Positions 27,055-34,102 of a stretch of DNA of 34,102 nucleotides are shown in pieces. Source of the stretch: Chthoniobacterales bacterium (lineage in GTDB: Bacteria > Verrucomicrobiota > Verrucomicrobiia > Chthoniobacterales > JAFAMB01); contig DATMQC010000172.1 in the NCBI GenBank assembly GCA_035567275.1, positions 1-34,102 on the forward strand. Direction: 5' to 3'. Every line of letters starts with the position of its first letter. Positions within the stretch are counted from its first letter, which is position 1. Below the pieces are notes generated by a model. The model searched no databases. It had not been told where the DNA came from and worked only from the letters and a program-made list of their open reading frames with translations. Position numbers and translations under genes: made by a program.

Positions 27055-27562
27055 GGGCTGTGACGGGTGGTCGCTGGTGCAACCCTTGTTGTGCCAGAGG
27101 AAAGTCCGAACACCACAAGGCAGCATGCCTCGCGAAAAGCGAGGGGATTTGGGGCGAAAGCTCCAAATGACGGAAAGTATCACAGAAAATATACCGCCCC
27201 GCACCATTTTGGTCGGAGTCGCTGGATTCCAGCAGTGACCCTCTCCGCGCCAAAATGGTGCGGGGTAAGGTTGAAAAGGCGGGGTAAGAGCCCACCGGAC
27301 CTTCGTGAAAACGAGGTCGCTTGAGAAACCCCATGCGGTGCAAGACAAAGCAGAGGATAGGGTCGCCTGCCCGATTTTTTCCGCGCAAGCGGAAAAATTG
27401 AAACCTCGGGTATTAGTCGCACCCCGCACCACTTTGGCTGTGCTGAAGCGCCGAAAGTGGCAAAGCGCCGCCAAAGTGGTGCGGGGCGTTCGGGCATCCG
27501 AACGAGATAAATGACCGCCGCCCGTGTAAGCGGGAACAGAATTCGGCTTACGTCACTGAAAC
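27055..27562 (+). ncRNA. rnpB: RNase P RNA, bacterial type A, ~500 nt (ends approximate to about 10 nt)
   Basis: Universal blocks occur in the canonical order: GAGGAAAGTCCGAAC (27097), ACAGAAAATATACCGCC (27182), GGTAAGGTTGAAAAGGCGGGGTAAGAGCCCACCG (27265), GAGATAAATGACCGCC (27504) and ACAGAATTCGGCTTA (27536). P1 pairs GTGACG with CGTCAC, and P2 pairs GGTGGTC with GACCGCC. Confidence 0.9.
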
Positions 27563-27600
27563 GAGGCTCGCCCGGCAACCGCGGCGAGCCTCACCATTTT
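27563..27600 (+). terminator. Rho-independent-type terminator after rnpB
   Basis: The 10-bp stem GAGGCTCGCC / GGCGAGCCTC has a 10-nt loop and is followed by ACCATTTT. Confidence 0.55.
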
Positions 27601-27654
27601 AGAGATAAATGGGACGGCACGGAGGCTGTCCTTCCCGGTCGCCTCCCGCTCATC

Positions 27655-27942
27655 CTACTTCGTATTCAATTTGTCAATTTTGCGCGCCAGCAGAAAGTCC
27701 AGGTCGGTCAAACCACCGGCTGAATGGGTCGAAAGAACAAGCTTCACCTTATTCCAACGAATGTCGATATCCGGATGATGGTTCATCTCCTCAGCATCTC
27801 TCGCGAGTCGGACGACGAATTCTATGGCGGCAGGAAATCCCTCGAATGTCAGAGTCCGCTCGATGCTGTTATCCGATAACCGCCACCCCGGAACTTCTTC
27901 CAATAAAACCTGGACTGCCTCAGGCCTCAATAACTCTGCCAT
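27655..27942 (-). CDS. phhB: Pterin-4-alpha-carbinolamine dehydratase
   Basis: EEMNHHPDIDIRWNKVKLVLSTH is the family signature. ATG 27942 is preceded by GAAAGG 6 nt upstream. Confidence 0.85.
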   Translation of the reverse strand: MAELLRPEAVQVLLEEVPGWRLSDNSIERTLTFEGFPAAIEFVVRLARDAEEMNHHPDIDIRWNKVKLVLSTHSAGGLTDLDFLLARKIDKLNTK

Positions 27943-28092
27943 AGATTGCCTTTCGTTCTGATTCGGTTTGAGCGGCACCGCCGGTCAGCGCGTCGCAACC
28001 CGTCATCAAATTCGTTCGCCACTTGAACGCTCTCCGGCTTCGTGTATGTAACCTGTTTCCGCCGATTCCTAAATCCATAAACCACCTAGGCA

Positions 28093-29067
28093 ATGCAAAC
28101 AAACGGCAAACTTTATAATAATATAGTCGAAACAGTCGGCCGCACACCGCTGGTGAAGCTGAATCGCGTCACGCAGGGCCTCGATGCTGTGATCGCTCTA
28201 AAGCTCGAGTTCTTCAACCCATTGGGTAGTGTCAAGGACAGGATTGGGATGGCTATGATCGAGGCTGCCGAGCGGGAAGGAAGATTAAAGCCTAGCACAC
28301 TCATCGTAGAACCGACGAGTGGCAACACCGGAATCGCGCTCGCCTTTGTTTGTGCTGCAAAGGGTTACAAGCTCGTTTTGACCATGCCCGAAACCATGAG
28401 CATGGAGCGTCGTACTCTTCTTGCCTTGCTCGGCGCAAAGCTGGTTTTGACGCCGGGGTCAGAGGGAATGAAAGGAGCCATTGCTCGAGCCGAAGAGATC
28501 TTGAAGACGACTCCAGACTCCTGGATGCCCCAACAATTTAATAACCCCGCGAACCCGATGATTCATCAAAAAACGACGGCGGAAGAGATTTGGGCGGATA
28601 CGGCTGGAGAGGTCGATATCATTGTTTCAGCGGTCGGCACGGGCGGCACGATCACCGGCGTAGCCGAACTAATCAAGGAACGAAAGCCTTCTTTTCAGGC
28701 GATCGCGGTGGAGCCCAAGGACTCTCCGGTGATTCTTCAGACCATTCGGGGCGAACCACTCAAGCCCGGTCCGCACAAAATTCAAGGAACCGGTGCAGGG
28801 TTCGTTCCGGACAATCTACATTTAAAGATTGTAGACGAAGTCATCACGGTTTCGAACGAGGATGCATTCACGATGGCTCGGCGTTTGGCCAAAGAAGAAG
28901 GCATTCTGGCCGGGATAAGTTCCGGAGCAAACGTCCATGCGGCGATCGAGGTGGCTAAGCGGCCCGAAAATAAGGGCAAATTAATTGTTACGATTGCATG
29001 CTCGACTGGAGAGCGTTATTTGAGCACCCCGCTTGCCGACGAAGCTCGAGCCGAGATCGGCGGCTAG
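28093..29067 (+). CDS. cysK: Cysteine synthase A (O-acetylserine sulfhydrylase)
   Basis: The PLP-lysine context NPLGSVKDR, plus [15 protein letters not shown] and SSGAN, are present. Confidence 0.93.
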   Translation: MQTNGKLYNNIVETVGRTPLVKLNRVTQGLDAVIALKLEFFNPLGSVKDRIGMAMIEAAEREGRLKPSTLIVEPTSGNTGIALAFVCAAKGYKLVLTMPETMSMERRTLLALLGAKLVLTPGSEGMKGAIARAEEILKTTPDSWMPQQFNNPANPMIHQKTTAEEIWADTAGEVDIIVSAVGTGGTITGVAELIKERKPSFQAIAVEPKDSPVILQTIRGEPLKPGPHKIQGTGAGFVPDNLHLKIVDEVITVSNEDAFTMARRLAKEEGILAGISSGANVHAAIEVAKRPENKGKLIVTIACSTGERYLSTPLADEARAEIGG

Positions 29068-29159
29068 AATCCTTGACAAGCAAAACCGGTTGCAGATGAG
29101 TCCCGTTTTTTCCGTATCCCCACATAGATCATTAGGTGGTTTTGCTTGTCAAGGATTCT
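29066..29159. repeat. Long-stem hairpin element, copy 2 (perfect 22-bp arms, 50-nt loop)
   Basis: AGAATCCTTGACAAGCAAAACC (29066-29087) pairs with GGTTTTGCTTGTCAAGGATTCT (29138-29159). The left arm begins inside the cysK TAG stop codon. Confidence 0.85.
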
Positions 29160-29165
29160 ATAGCC

Positions 29166-29245
29166 AGGCCGCCTCCCCCAGCCAGGGCCGCTCCCACCGC
29201 ACGCTCCCTACCTTGCACCTCGATAGTCTGAGGCGCGGCCTCGCT
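29166..29245 (+). repeat. ~80-nt intergenic module, copy 2 (core AGTCTGAGGCGCGGCCTCGCT)
   Basis: It is homologous to 1106-1184 and to the reverse complement of 14902-14963. It ends 25 nt before the ATG at 29271. Confidence 0.75.
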
Positions 29246-29270
29246 AGATTTTCAAATTTTTCCGCAGCGA

Positions 29271-30053
29271 ATGACTAGTCAACCCATGGCCGAACCGTCT
29301 CAACCCATTTCCTCCTTTGATCCGGAGGTGTTTTGGGCACTCCACAAGCGAAAAATCGTTTTGGGAGCGGCTCTGGCCGTTCTGGTTTTGCTGTGCGGCA
29401 GCATTTATTTCGGGTTGCAGATTATCCAGACTCAGAACGCAGAAAAAGCCTACTCCGCCGCGCAATCGATCGAGGCGTGGCAAGCCGTGATTCGCCAATA
29501 TCCGAATTCCGTCGCGGCAGGCAACGCTTATCTTCGGATTGGAGCGAAACTTAGGGAGGACGGCAAGTATCCGGAATCCGATACGAACTACGAAACATTC
29601 ATCCGGCAGTTCCCGAAACACCCGCTGGTTGTAAACGGCTACGTGGGGCTGGCCGCCAATGCGGAATCAGAAAAGAATTCGGATAAGGCGCTTGAATACT
29701 GGAGACAAGTCGCGACACTTTTCGGAAACTCCTTTCAAGCGCCGATGGCGCTTTTCCATGAGGCCCGAATTACCGCGGTAAAAGGTCACTTGAAAGAAGC
29801 GCAGGCTCTTTACGAAAGCATAGTCCAACGTTTCCCTGAAAGCACCGCAGCAGGGATCGCATCGCATGAAGCGGGAAGCTTAGCCGATAGGGTTGCCGCC
29901 CTGCCGAAGCCACAATCGGTGGCCAAACCAGCAGGTTCCGCTTCGACGACACCGACCAGTTCTGCTTCGGGGACGCCAGGAAGCGCCGTCTCAGCAACGC
30001 CGCCCGAATCAACGTCACCGACAGGCGCCGGCTCCCCAAAGCCGGAGCCGTAA
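29271..30053 (+). CDS. Membrane-anchored TPR-like protein (YfgM/YbgF-like architecture) with Ser/Thr/Pro-rich C-terminal tail
   Basis: It has one N-terminal TM span (IVLGAALAVLVLLCGSIYFGL) and helical repeat-like segments (AWQAVIRQYPNS..., YETFIRQFPKH..., LYESIVQRFPES...). The family call is tentative. Confidence 0.55.
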   Translation: MTSQPMAEPSQPISSFDPEVFWALHKRKIVLGAALAVLVLLCGSIYFGLQIIQTQNAEKAYSAAQSIEAWQAVIRQYPNSVAAGNAYLRIGAKLREDGKYPESDTNYETFIRQFPKHPLVVNGYVGLAANAESEKNSDKALEYWRQVATLFGNSFQAPMALFHEARITAVKGHLKEAQALYESIVQRFPESTAAGIASHEAGSLADRVAALPKPQSVAKPAGSASTTPTSSASGTPGSAVSATPPESTSPTGAGSPKPEP

Positions 30054-30110
30054 CGGGTCTAGAGCCTCGAGCAGATCTCCGAGTAGCGCCATTTCGCCGA
30101 TGTTCGTCTA

Positions 30111-31127
30111 ATGGATAACATTCTACCTCCGCCCGCGATGCTCATGCACCTCGTCGCCGGCAAGTTCGTAACTCAGGCATTGGCCGCCGCCGCGGAGCTG
30201 AACCTGGCTGAGCAACTCGTGGATGGTCCGAGGACGGCACAAGAGATAGCGGGACCCATGGGAGTGCACGCGCCCTCGCTCTACCGCCTGATGCGCGCAC
30301 TCGCCGCGGTTGGTGTGCTCACGCAGGAAGACGGGGACCGCTTCGCGCTGACGGCCGTCGGCCAGCTCCTCAGGAGCGACGCGCCAGGGTCCTTCCGGGC
30401 GATGGCAATGCTGCTGGGCCGCCAGTGGCATCACACCGCGTGGGCGTCGCTCGCGGACAGCGTCCGCACGGGCGAGTCTGCGTTTATCAAAGTTTACGGC
30501 GTGCCCCACTTTGAGTGGCTCCAAGCGAACCCCGAAGAAGGCGCGATCTTCAACGAAGCAATGACGAGCTTGACGGGGGTGGCCGCCGGCGCCGTTACGC
30601 AGGCCTACGAATTTTCGGGCGTCGCCAGGATCGCGGACGTGGGCGGGGGCCACGGTCTCTTTCTCTCGAAGATCCTGAGGGCCAACCCGCACGCGAGCGG
30701 CATCCTCTTCGACCTGCCGCACGTCGCCGAGGGAGCCGAGAGGTTGTTGGGTGACGCCGGGCTGATCGCGCGTTGCCAGGTCCTGTGCGGTGACTTCTTT
30801 ACCTCAGTACCCGCCGGCTGCGATGCGTATGTGCTCAAGCACATCCTCCACGACTGGGATGACGCACGGTGCGAGAGGATCCTGAGCAACTGCCGCGCTG
30901 CCATGGCCCCGGGCGGCCGCGTCCTTGTCGTCGAGATGGTGGTGCCGCCCCCGGGAATCCCGTCGTTCGCGAGGCTGATTGATCTCGAGATGCTCGCCAT
31001 CTCCTCAAACGGCAAAGAGAGGACGGAGCACGAGTTCGCCGAGCTCTTCGCCAAGGCGGGGCTCGTACTCGCGCGCGTGGTCCCGACGCAATCGCCTTAT
31101 TCCGTGCTCGAAGCGTTCCGCGCTTAA
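30111..31127 (+). CDS. Class I SAM-dependent O-methyltransferase (small-molecule OMT, COMT/ASMT-like)
   Basis: It has an N-terminal winged-helix/dimerisation region, SAM motif I DVGGGHG, and LKHILHDWDD with the catalytic His context. Its GC content is much higher than its neighbours. Confidence 0.88.
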   Translation: MDNILPPPAMLMHLVAGKFVTQALAAAAELNLAEQLVDGPRTAQEIAGPMGVHAPSLYRLMRALAAVGVLTQEDGDRFALTAVGQLLRSDAPGSFRAMAMLLGRQWHHTAWASLADSVRTGESAFIKVYGVPHFEWLQANPEEGAIFNEAMTSLTGVAAGAVTQAYEFSGVARIADVGGGHGLFLSKILRANPHASGILFDLPHVAEGAERLLGDAGLIARCQVLCGDFFTSVPAGCDAYVLKHILHDWDDARCERILSNCRAAMAPGGRVLVVEMVVPPPGIPSFARLIDLEMLAISSNGKERTEHEFAELFAKAGLVLARVVPTQSPYSVLEAFRA

Positions 31128-31213
31128 CCTCGCCCGGCAGCGGCTGCCGCCACGCGAAATTTTCAGGCTAATCCGTCTTTCGTGCCCTCGGTGTCTCGGT
31201 GGTGAATCCGGCT

Positions 31214-32032
31214 TCAGGCTGGCGCCAGACTAAAATCGGCTCCAGCCTCCGGTTTTTCCGTAGATTTTGGCGAACGCTTGGGCACCTCAAGCAGCTCGCC
31301 TTGTTTCAGCTCCACATCTCCAATCGAGAGTTCACCAAAGAATTCGCCTCCTTTTTCGACGGTGAATCCGCGGCCGAACAACGCTCCAGTGAATCGTCCT
31401 GTTTTCTGGATGATCACCGTACCAGTGGAAATGATCCGGGCAGAAATGGTGCCCTCGATCTCAACTCTTTCGGCACGAATCGGCCGCACGAATTCAGCTT
31501 CGCACCTCTTGTCTATGTAGACCGATTTGGCCTGGATGCTACCCGTGATCTTGCCTTTGGTCTTTATGCGAACACTCCGGTTACAGATCAAGCTTCCGCG
31601 CATCGCTCCCTGGATCTCGGCAGAATCGCAGATGACCCGATTGCTGCTCAGGTCACCTTTGCTCGTGACGATGACACTCCCACGGGTCCGAATGGATCGG
31701 CTGAAATTTCCTGCGACGCGATAATCCTGAATATCGATATAGGCGCCACATTGAGGACAGATTGTCGACGTTGCGCTTTTCGGAATCTCACGTTTCCCGG
31801 CGCACTCGAAGCAGTGCGCTATGACCGTGCGTTGAACACCCAGAAAGTTCTCCAGTTTCCGAAGAACCGACGGCTGTTTCTCTACCCCCTGCGGGCCACT
31901 CGATTTCTGAGCTTTGCCTAGCTGAATATAACCGCCGCATTTTCGGCAGTGGGTCGACTTCGCAAGCTCGGGCTCTTTCTGAGTGTTACCGCAGTGAGGA
32001 CAATGTACTTCGATCCGTCCTTTCGCAGCCAC
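31214..32032 (-). CDS. Bactofilin-domain protein with two N-terminal zinc-ribbon motifs
   Basis: The zinc ribbons are CPHCG-x17-CRKCGG and CFECAG-x14-CPQCG. A beta-helix repeat region follows (SVRIKTKGKITGSIQAKSVYI, RVEIEGTISARIISTGTVIIQKTGRFTGALF). The GTG start is preceded by GGAG 6 nt upstream. Confidence 0.65.
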   Translation of the reverse strand: MAAKGRIEVHCPHCGNTQKEPELAKSTHCRKCGGYIQLGKAQKSSGPQGVEKQPSVLRKLENFLGVQRTVIAHCFECAGKREIPKSATSTICPQCGAYIDIQDYRVAGNFSRSIRTRGSVIVTSKGDLSSNRVICDSAEIQGAMRGSLICNRSVRIKTKGKITGSIQAKSVYIDKRCEAEFVRPIRAERVEIEGTISARIISTGTVIIQKTGRFTGALFGRGFTVEKGGEFFGELSIGDVELKQGELLEVPKRSPKSTEKPEAGADFSLAPA

Positions 32033-32042
32033 TCAGAACTCC

Positions 32043-32603
32043 TCAGCGTGGAGCACCAATCTTCTGCGGCTCTTCCTTATGAGGGATATTCAGGTCCTTA
32101 ACGATATTTTTGTTCGGCGTAACCTCCGATTTTCCGACAAACGTGGCACCTTCTTCGATCACGAGGCGAGCTGCCTTCAAATCTCCGATCAACTGGGAAC
32201 GAGAATGCAGTTCGCAACGCTCCTGGACCGTAATATTGCCGTGCACCTTGCCCTTTACGATGACAGTTTTGCTCTTGACTTCTCCACGAACATCCGCGTT
32301 TTCGCCCACTGTCAGAATACCGTCAACGGATGAAATTTCGCCCTCCAAATTTCCATCAAAAATGAATTCATTTGCGAACTTAATGGACCCCTTAATCTCG
32401 ACGTCCTTTGAGAGGTTATTCTTATTCGGTGTATCTGCCATAACGGATGTTGGTTTATTTACAGTTTTCGGTTCTGCGGCCGGCGGAGTTGGAGGACTCT
32501 CCCCAGATCCAGCATCTTCCACAGGTGGCGTTTGCCCCGGTTTTTGGGGGATAAACTTCTTCAGCACGCCCGCAACTATGAAGGGCGGGAAATGGAGTGT
32601 CAA
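32043..32603 (-). CDS. Bactofilin (polymer-forming cytoskeletal protein) with Pro-rich N-terminal tail
   Basis: VEIKGSIKFANEFIFDGNLEGEISSVDGILTVGENADVRGEVKSKTVIVKGKVHGNITV...LVIEEGATFVGKS is a typical bactofilin core. The start is uncertain: TTG 32603 overlaps the upstream stop, and ATG 32441 is the alternative. Confidence 0.8.
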   Translation of the reverse strand: MTLHFPPFIVAGVLKKFIPQKPGQTPPVEDAGSGESPPTPPAAEPKTVNKPTSVMADTPNKNNLSKDVEIKGSIKFANEFIFDGNLEGEISSVDGILTVGENADVRGEVKSKTVIVKGKVHGNITVQERCELHSRSQLIGDLKAARLVIEEGATFVGKSEVTPNKNIVKDLNIPHKEEPQKIGAPR

Positions 32604-34033
32604 CGATGGGTTTGTTCTTTTGATTCCGGCCTGCGAAATCCCTTCCCTAGCTCTTCAGCCGGATAAGTCCAGATCTCACTCAATGTCGGATGATAATGCG
32701 GGATTTTTGACAGCCCATCCGCCGTCGCATGAAAATGCATCGCTACGACGATTTCATGAATCAACTCCGACGCCTCCGGGCCCACGACTGCACCGCCCAG
32801 GATCTCGCCGCTTCGGGCTTCCACGATTAATTTGACGAAACCCTCGACATCTCCCCGTACCATCGATTTCCCATGGTCATGAAAAGGATACCTTGCGACA
32901 CGCACGGCAATCCCCTGCTCCTCGGCTTCGCGCTCAGTGAGGCCAACCACGGCAAGTTGCGGCTCTGAAAACATGGCAAAAAGCTTGAGCCGATAATCAA
33001 TCGCCTCGAGAGCTTTTCCGTCCAAAAGATTCTTCGCGTTGCGTGCGGCGATTTCGCCCTGCTGAACCGCAATATGAACAATCTCATGCAGCCCCGTAAC
33101 ATCGCCCGATGCGAAAATATGCGGCCGTGATGTCTGCATCGTTGAGTTAACCGTCACCGTTCCGCCCCTGCCGGCACTGACTCCGGCTTCCCTTAGACCA
33201 ACCCCTTCGACCGCGGGCTTACGCCCCAGCGCAAAAAAGACCTCATCCGCCTCAAGCACGTGCTCGACGCTATCTTTTTCGTACCGAATAAGCTTGCCGC
33301 TCTCGGATAATTCGGCCGCTTTGAGCTTCGTACCGCAGATTATCTTGATTCCACGATTTTGCAACGCGTCTGCCAGGGCAGTAGCGATATCGCGGTCAGC
33401 TTCCTTGATGATCTGCCCGCTCCGCTGAAGAATTGTTACGGTGCTTCCAAACGCATTGTAAAAGTGTGCAAATTCCAGAGCGATTGCACCACCTCCCAGA
33501 ATAATGATTGACCGTGGCCAGCGCTCGGTATCCAGGGCAAGATCGCTATGCAAAAAACCAACCTTATCCAGACCGGGAACTTCAACCGTATTAAGAACTG
33601 AGCCGGTAGAAATCAGGAATGTTTTTCCCTCGATTGTCTCTTCACGGCCGTCTCTGAAGCTCACTTTGACATGAAACGGATCAACGAACGCGGCACGACC
33701 CCGCGCCAGCCTGAAAAGACCTGAGTTCAATTGTTGCGCTCGATATTCGGCAAATCCCCCGATTAGTTTTCTTTTGCGTCTTATGATCGCCGCGGCATCA
33801 AAGGCCAAATGCCCGGCACTCAGCCCAAACTCTTCCGCCCTGCGCAATGTTAAAAAACGGTTGGCCGATTCGATAAACGTCTTGCTCGGCATGCACCCGC
33901 GAAGGATGCACAGCCCTCCGAGTTCCTCTGCTCCTTCAATGCAAATAGATTTCAGCCCCAAATGTGCGGCGGTCGCGGCTGCGGAGTAGCCGGCACTGCC
34001 TCCCCCAATAACAACAAAATCGTAGCTCTCCAT
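32600..34033 (-). CDS. Class I pyridine nucleotide-disulfide oxidoreductase (Lpd / glutathione reductase / MerA-core family)
   Basis: It has FAD motif VVIGGGSAG, redox-active pair GGLCILRGCMPSK, NAD(P) motif ILGGGAIALE and C-terminal HYHPTLSE. The start is taken at ATG 34033; the ORF-track start at 34069 is a TTG. Confidence 0.88.
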   Translation of the reverse strand: MESYDFVVIGGGSAGYSAAATAAHLGLKSICIEGAEELGGLCILRGCMPSKTFIESANRFLTLRRAEEFGLSAGHLAFDAAAIIRRKRKLIGGFAEYRAQQLNSGLFRLARGRAAFVDPFHVKVSFRDGREETIEGKTFLISTGSVLNTVEVPGLDKVGFLHSDLALDTERWPRSIIILGGGAIALEFAHFYNAFGSTVTILQRSGQIIKEADRDIATALADALQNRGIKIICGTKLKAAELSESGKLIRYEKDSVEHVLEADEVFFALGRKPAVEGVGLREAGVSAGRGGTVTVNSTMQTSRPHIFASGDVTGLHEIVHIAVQQGEIAARNAKNLLDGKALEAIDYRLKLFAMFSEPQLAVVGLTEREAEEQGIAVRVARYPFHDHGKSMVRGDVEGFVKLIVEARSGEILGGAVVGPEASELIHEIVVAMHFHATADGLSKIPHYHPTLSEIWTYPAEELGKGFRRPESKEQTHR

Positions 34034-34102
34034 CGCGAAAGGAAAGTAGCTCAGGTTGGCGTGTTGCAAAACCGGAAGCCGATTTCAACCCGGTCTCTCG
34101 CT

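Noticed and set aside
26974-27578. Four ORFs of 85-166 aa on both strands (26974-27474, 27011-27388, 27067-27324, 27180-27578).
   Set aside because: They all lie inside the RNase P RNA gene, whose conserved blocks and P1/P2 pairings explain the region. The peptides are Arg/Pro/Trp-rich nonsense.
30123-31054. Alternative-frame and antisense ORFs within the O-methyltransferase (30123-30722 -, 30515-30754 +, 30605-31054 -).
   Set aside because: Long stop-free frames are typical of high-GC DNA. Only the + frame at 30111-31127 carries SAM-methyltransferase motifs.
31199-31921. A 240-aa + strand ORF opposite the zinc-ribbon bactofilin.
   Set aside because: The minus-strand frame has paired CxxC motifs, bactofilin-type repeats and a GGAG-GTG start. 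The + frame shows no motifs.
1-34102. A search by eye for CRISPR arrays, tRNA/rRNA genes, IS elements, integrases, toxin-antitoxin pairs and known defence-system genes.
   Set aside because: I found no regularly spaced direct repeats, no tRNA-like cloverleaf candidates in the spacers examined, and no transposase-, integrase- or nuclease-like ORFs. A tRNAscan, Infernal or defence-finder run would be needed to make this definitive.

Overview
Bacterial chromosomal window. About half of it (9425-26760, minus strand) is one tightly packed array of translation genes: rpsL-rpsG-fusA joined directly to the S10 and spc clusters, then secY-adk-map-infA-rpmJ-rpsM-rpsK-rpsD. The left flank (+ strand) holds the tolB 3' end and pal, an ECF sigma / anti-sigma / HtrA-like operon, xseB-dxs, a lone ABC ATPase, and a deacetylase / 80-aa protein / metallophosphoesterase trio. 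The right flank holds RNase P RNA (rnpB, masked in the ORF track by spurious ORFs), a pterin-4a-carbinolamine dehydratase, cysK, a membrane-anchored TPR-like protein, a GC-rich O-methyltransferase, and a minus-strand operon of a flavoprotein disulfide reductase plus two bactofilins. I saw no CRISPR array, tRNA, rRNA, transposase, integrase or recognisable defence or toxin genes. Five things look most worth a second look. (1) A composite intergenic repeat family has three copies: a 92-94 nt long-stem hairpin with a compensatory base-pair change, plus an ~80 nt module that always faces, and lies 15-37 nt upstream of, the next start codon. (2) The HtrA/DegS-like PDZ protein in the ECF sigma operon has all three catalytic-triad positions substituted. 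(3) rnpB is oversized and carries two long hairpins with near-identical 16-bp basal stems. (4) Two bactofilins, one fused to two zinc ribbons, are operon-coupled to a disulfide reductase. (5) The O-methyltransferase is compositionally foreign. The gene order (no rpsN, rpmD, tuf or rpoA in the cluster) and the low-complexity tails on ribosomal proteins suggest a PVC-group (Verrucomicrobia-like) organism, but this is inference only. All similarity statements are hand alignments and no database search was possible.
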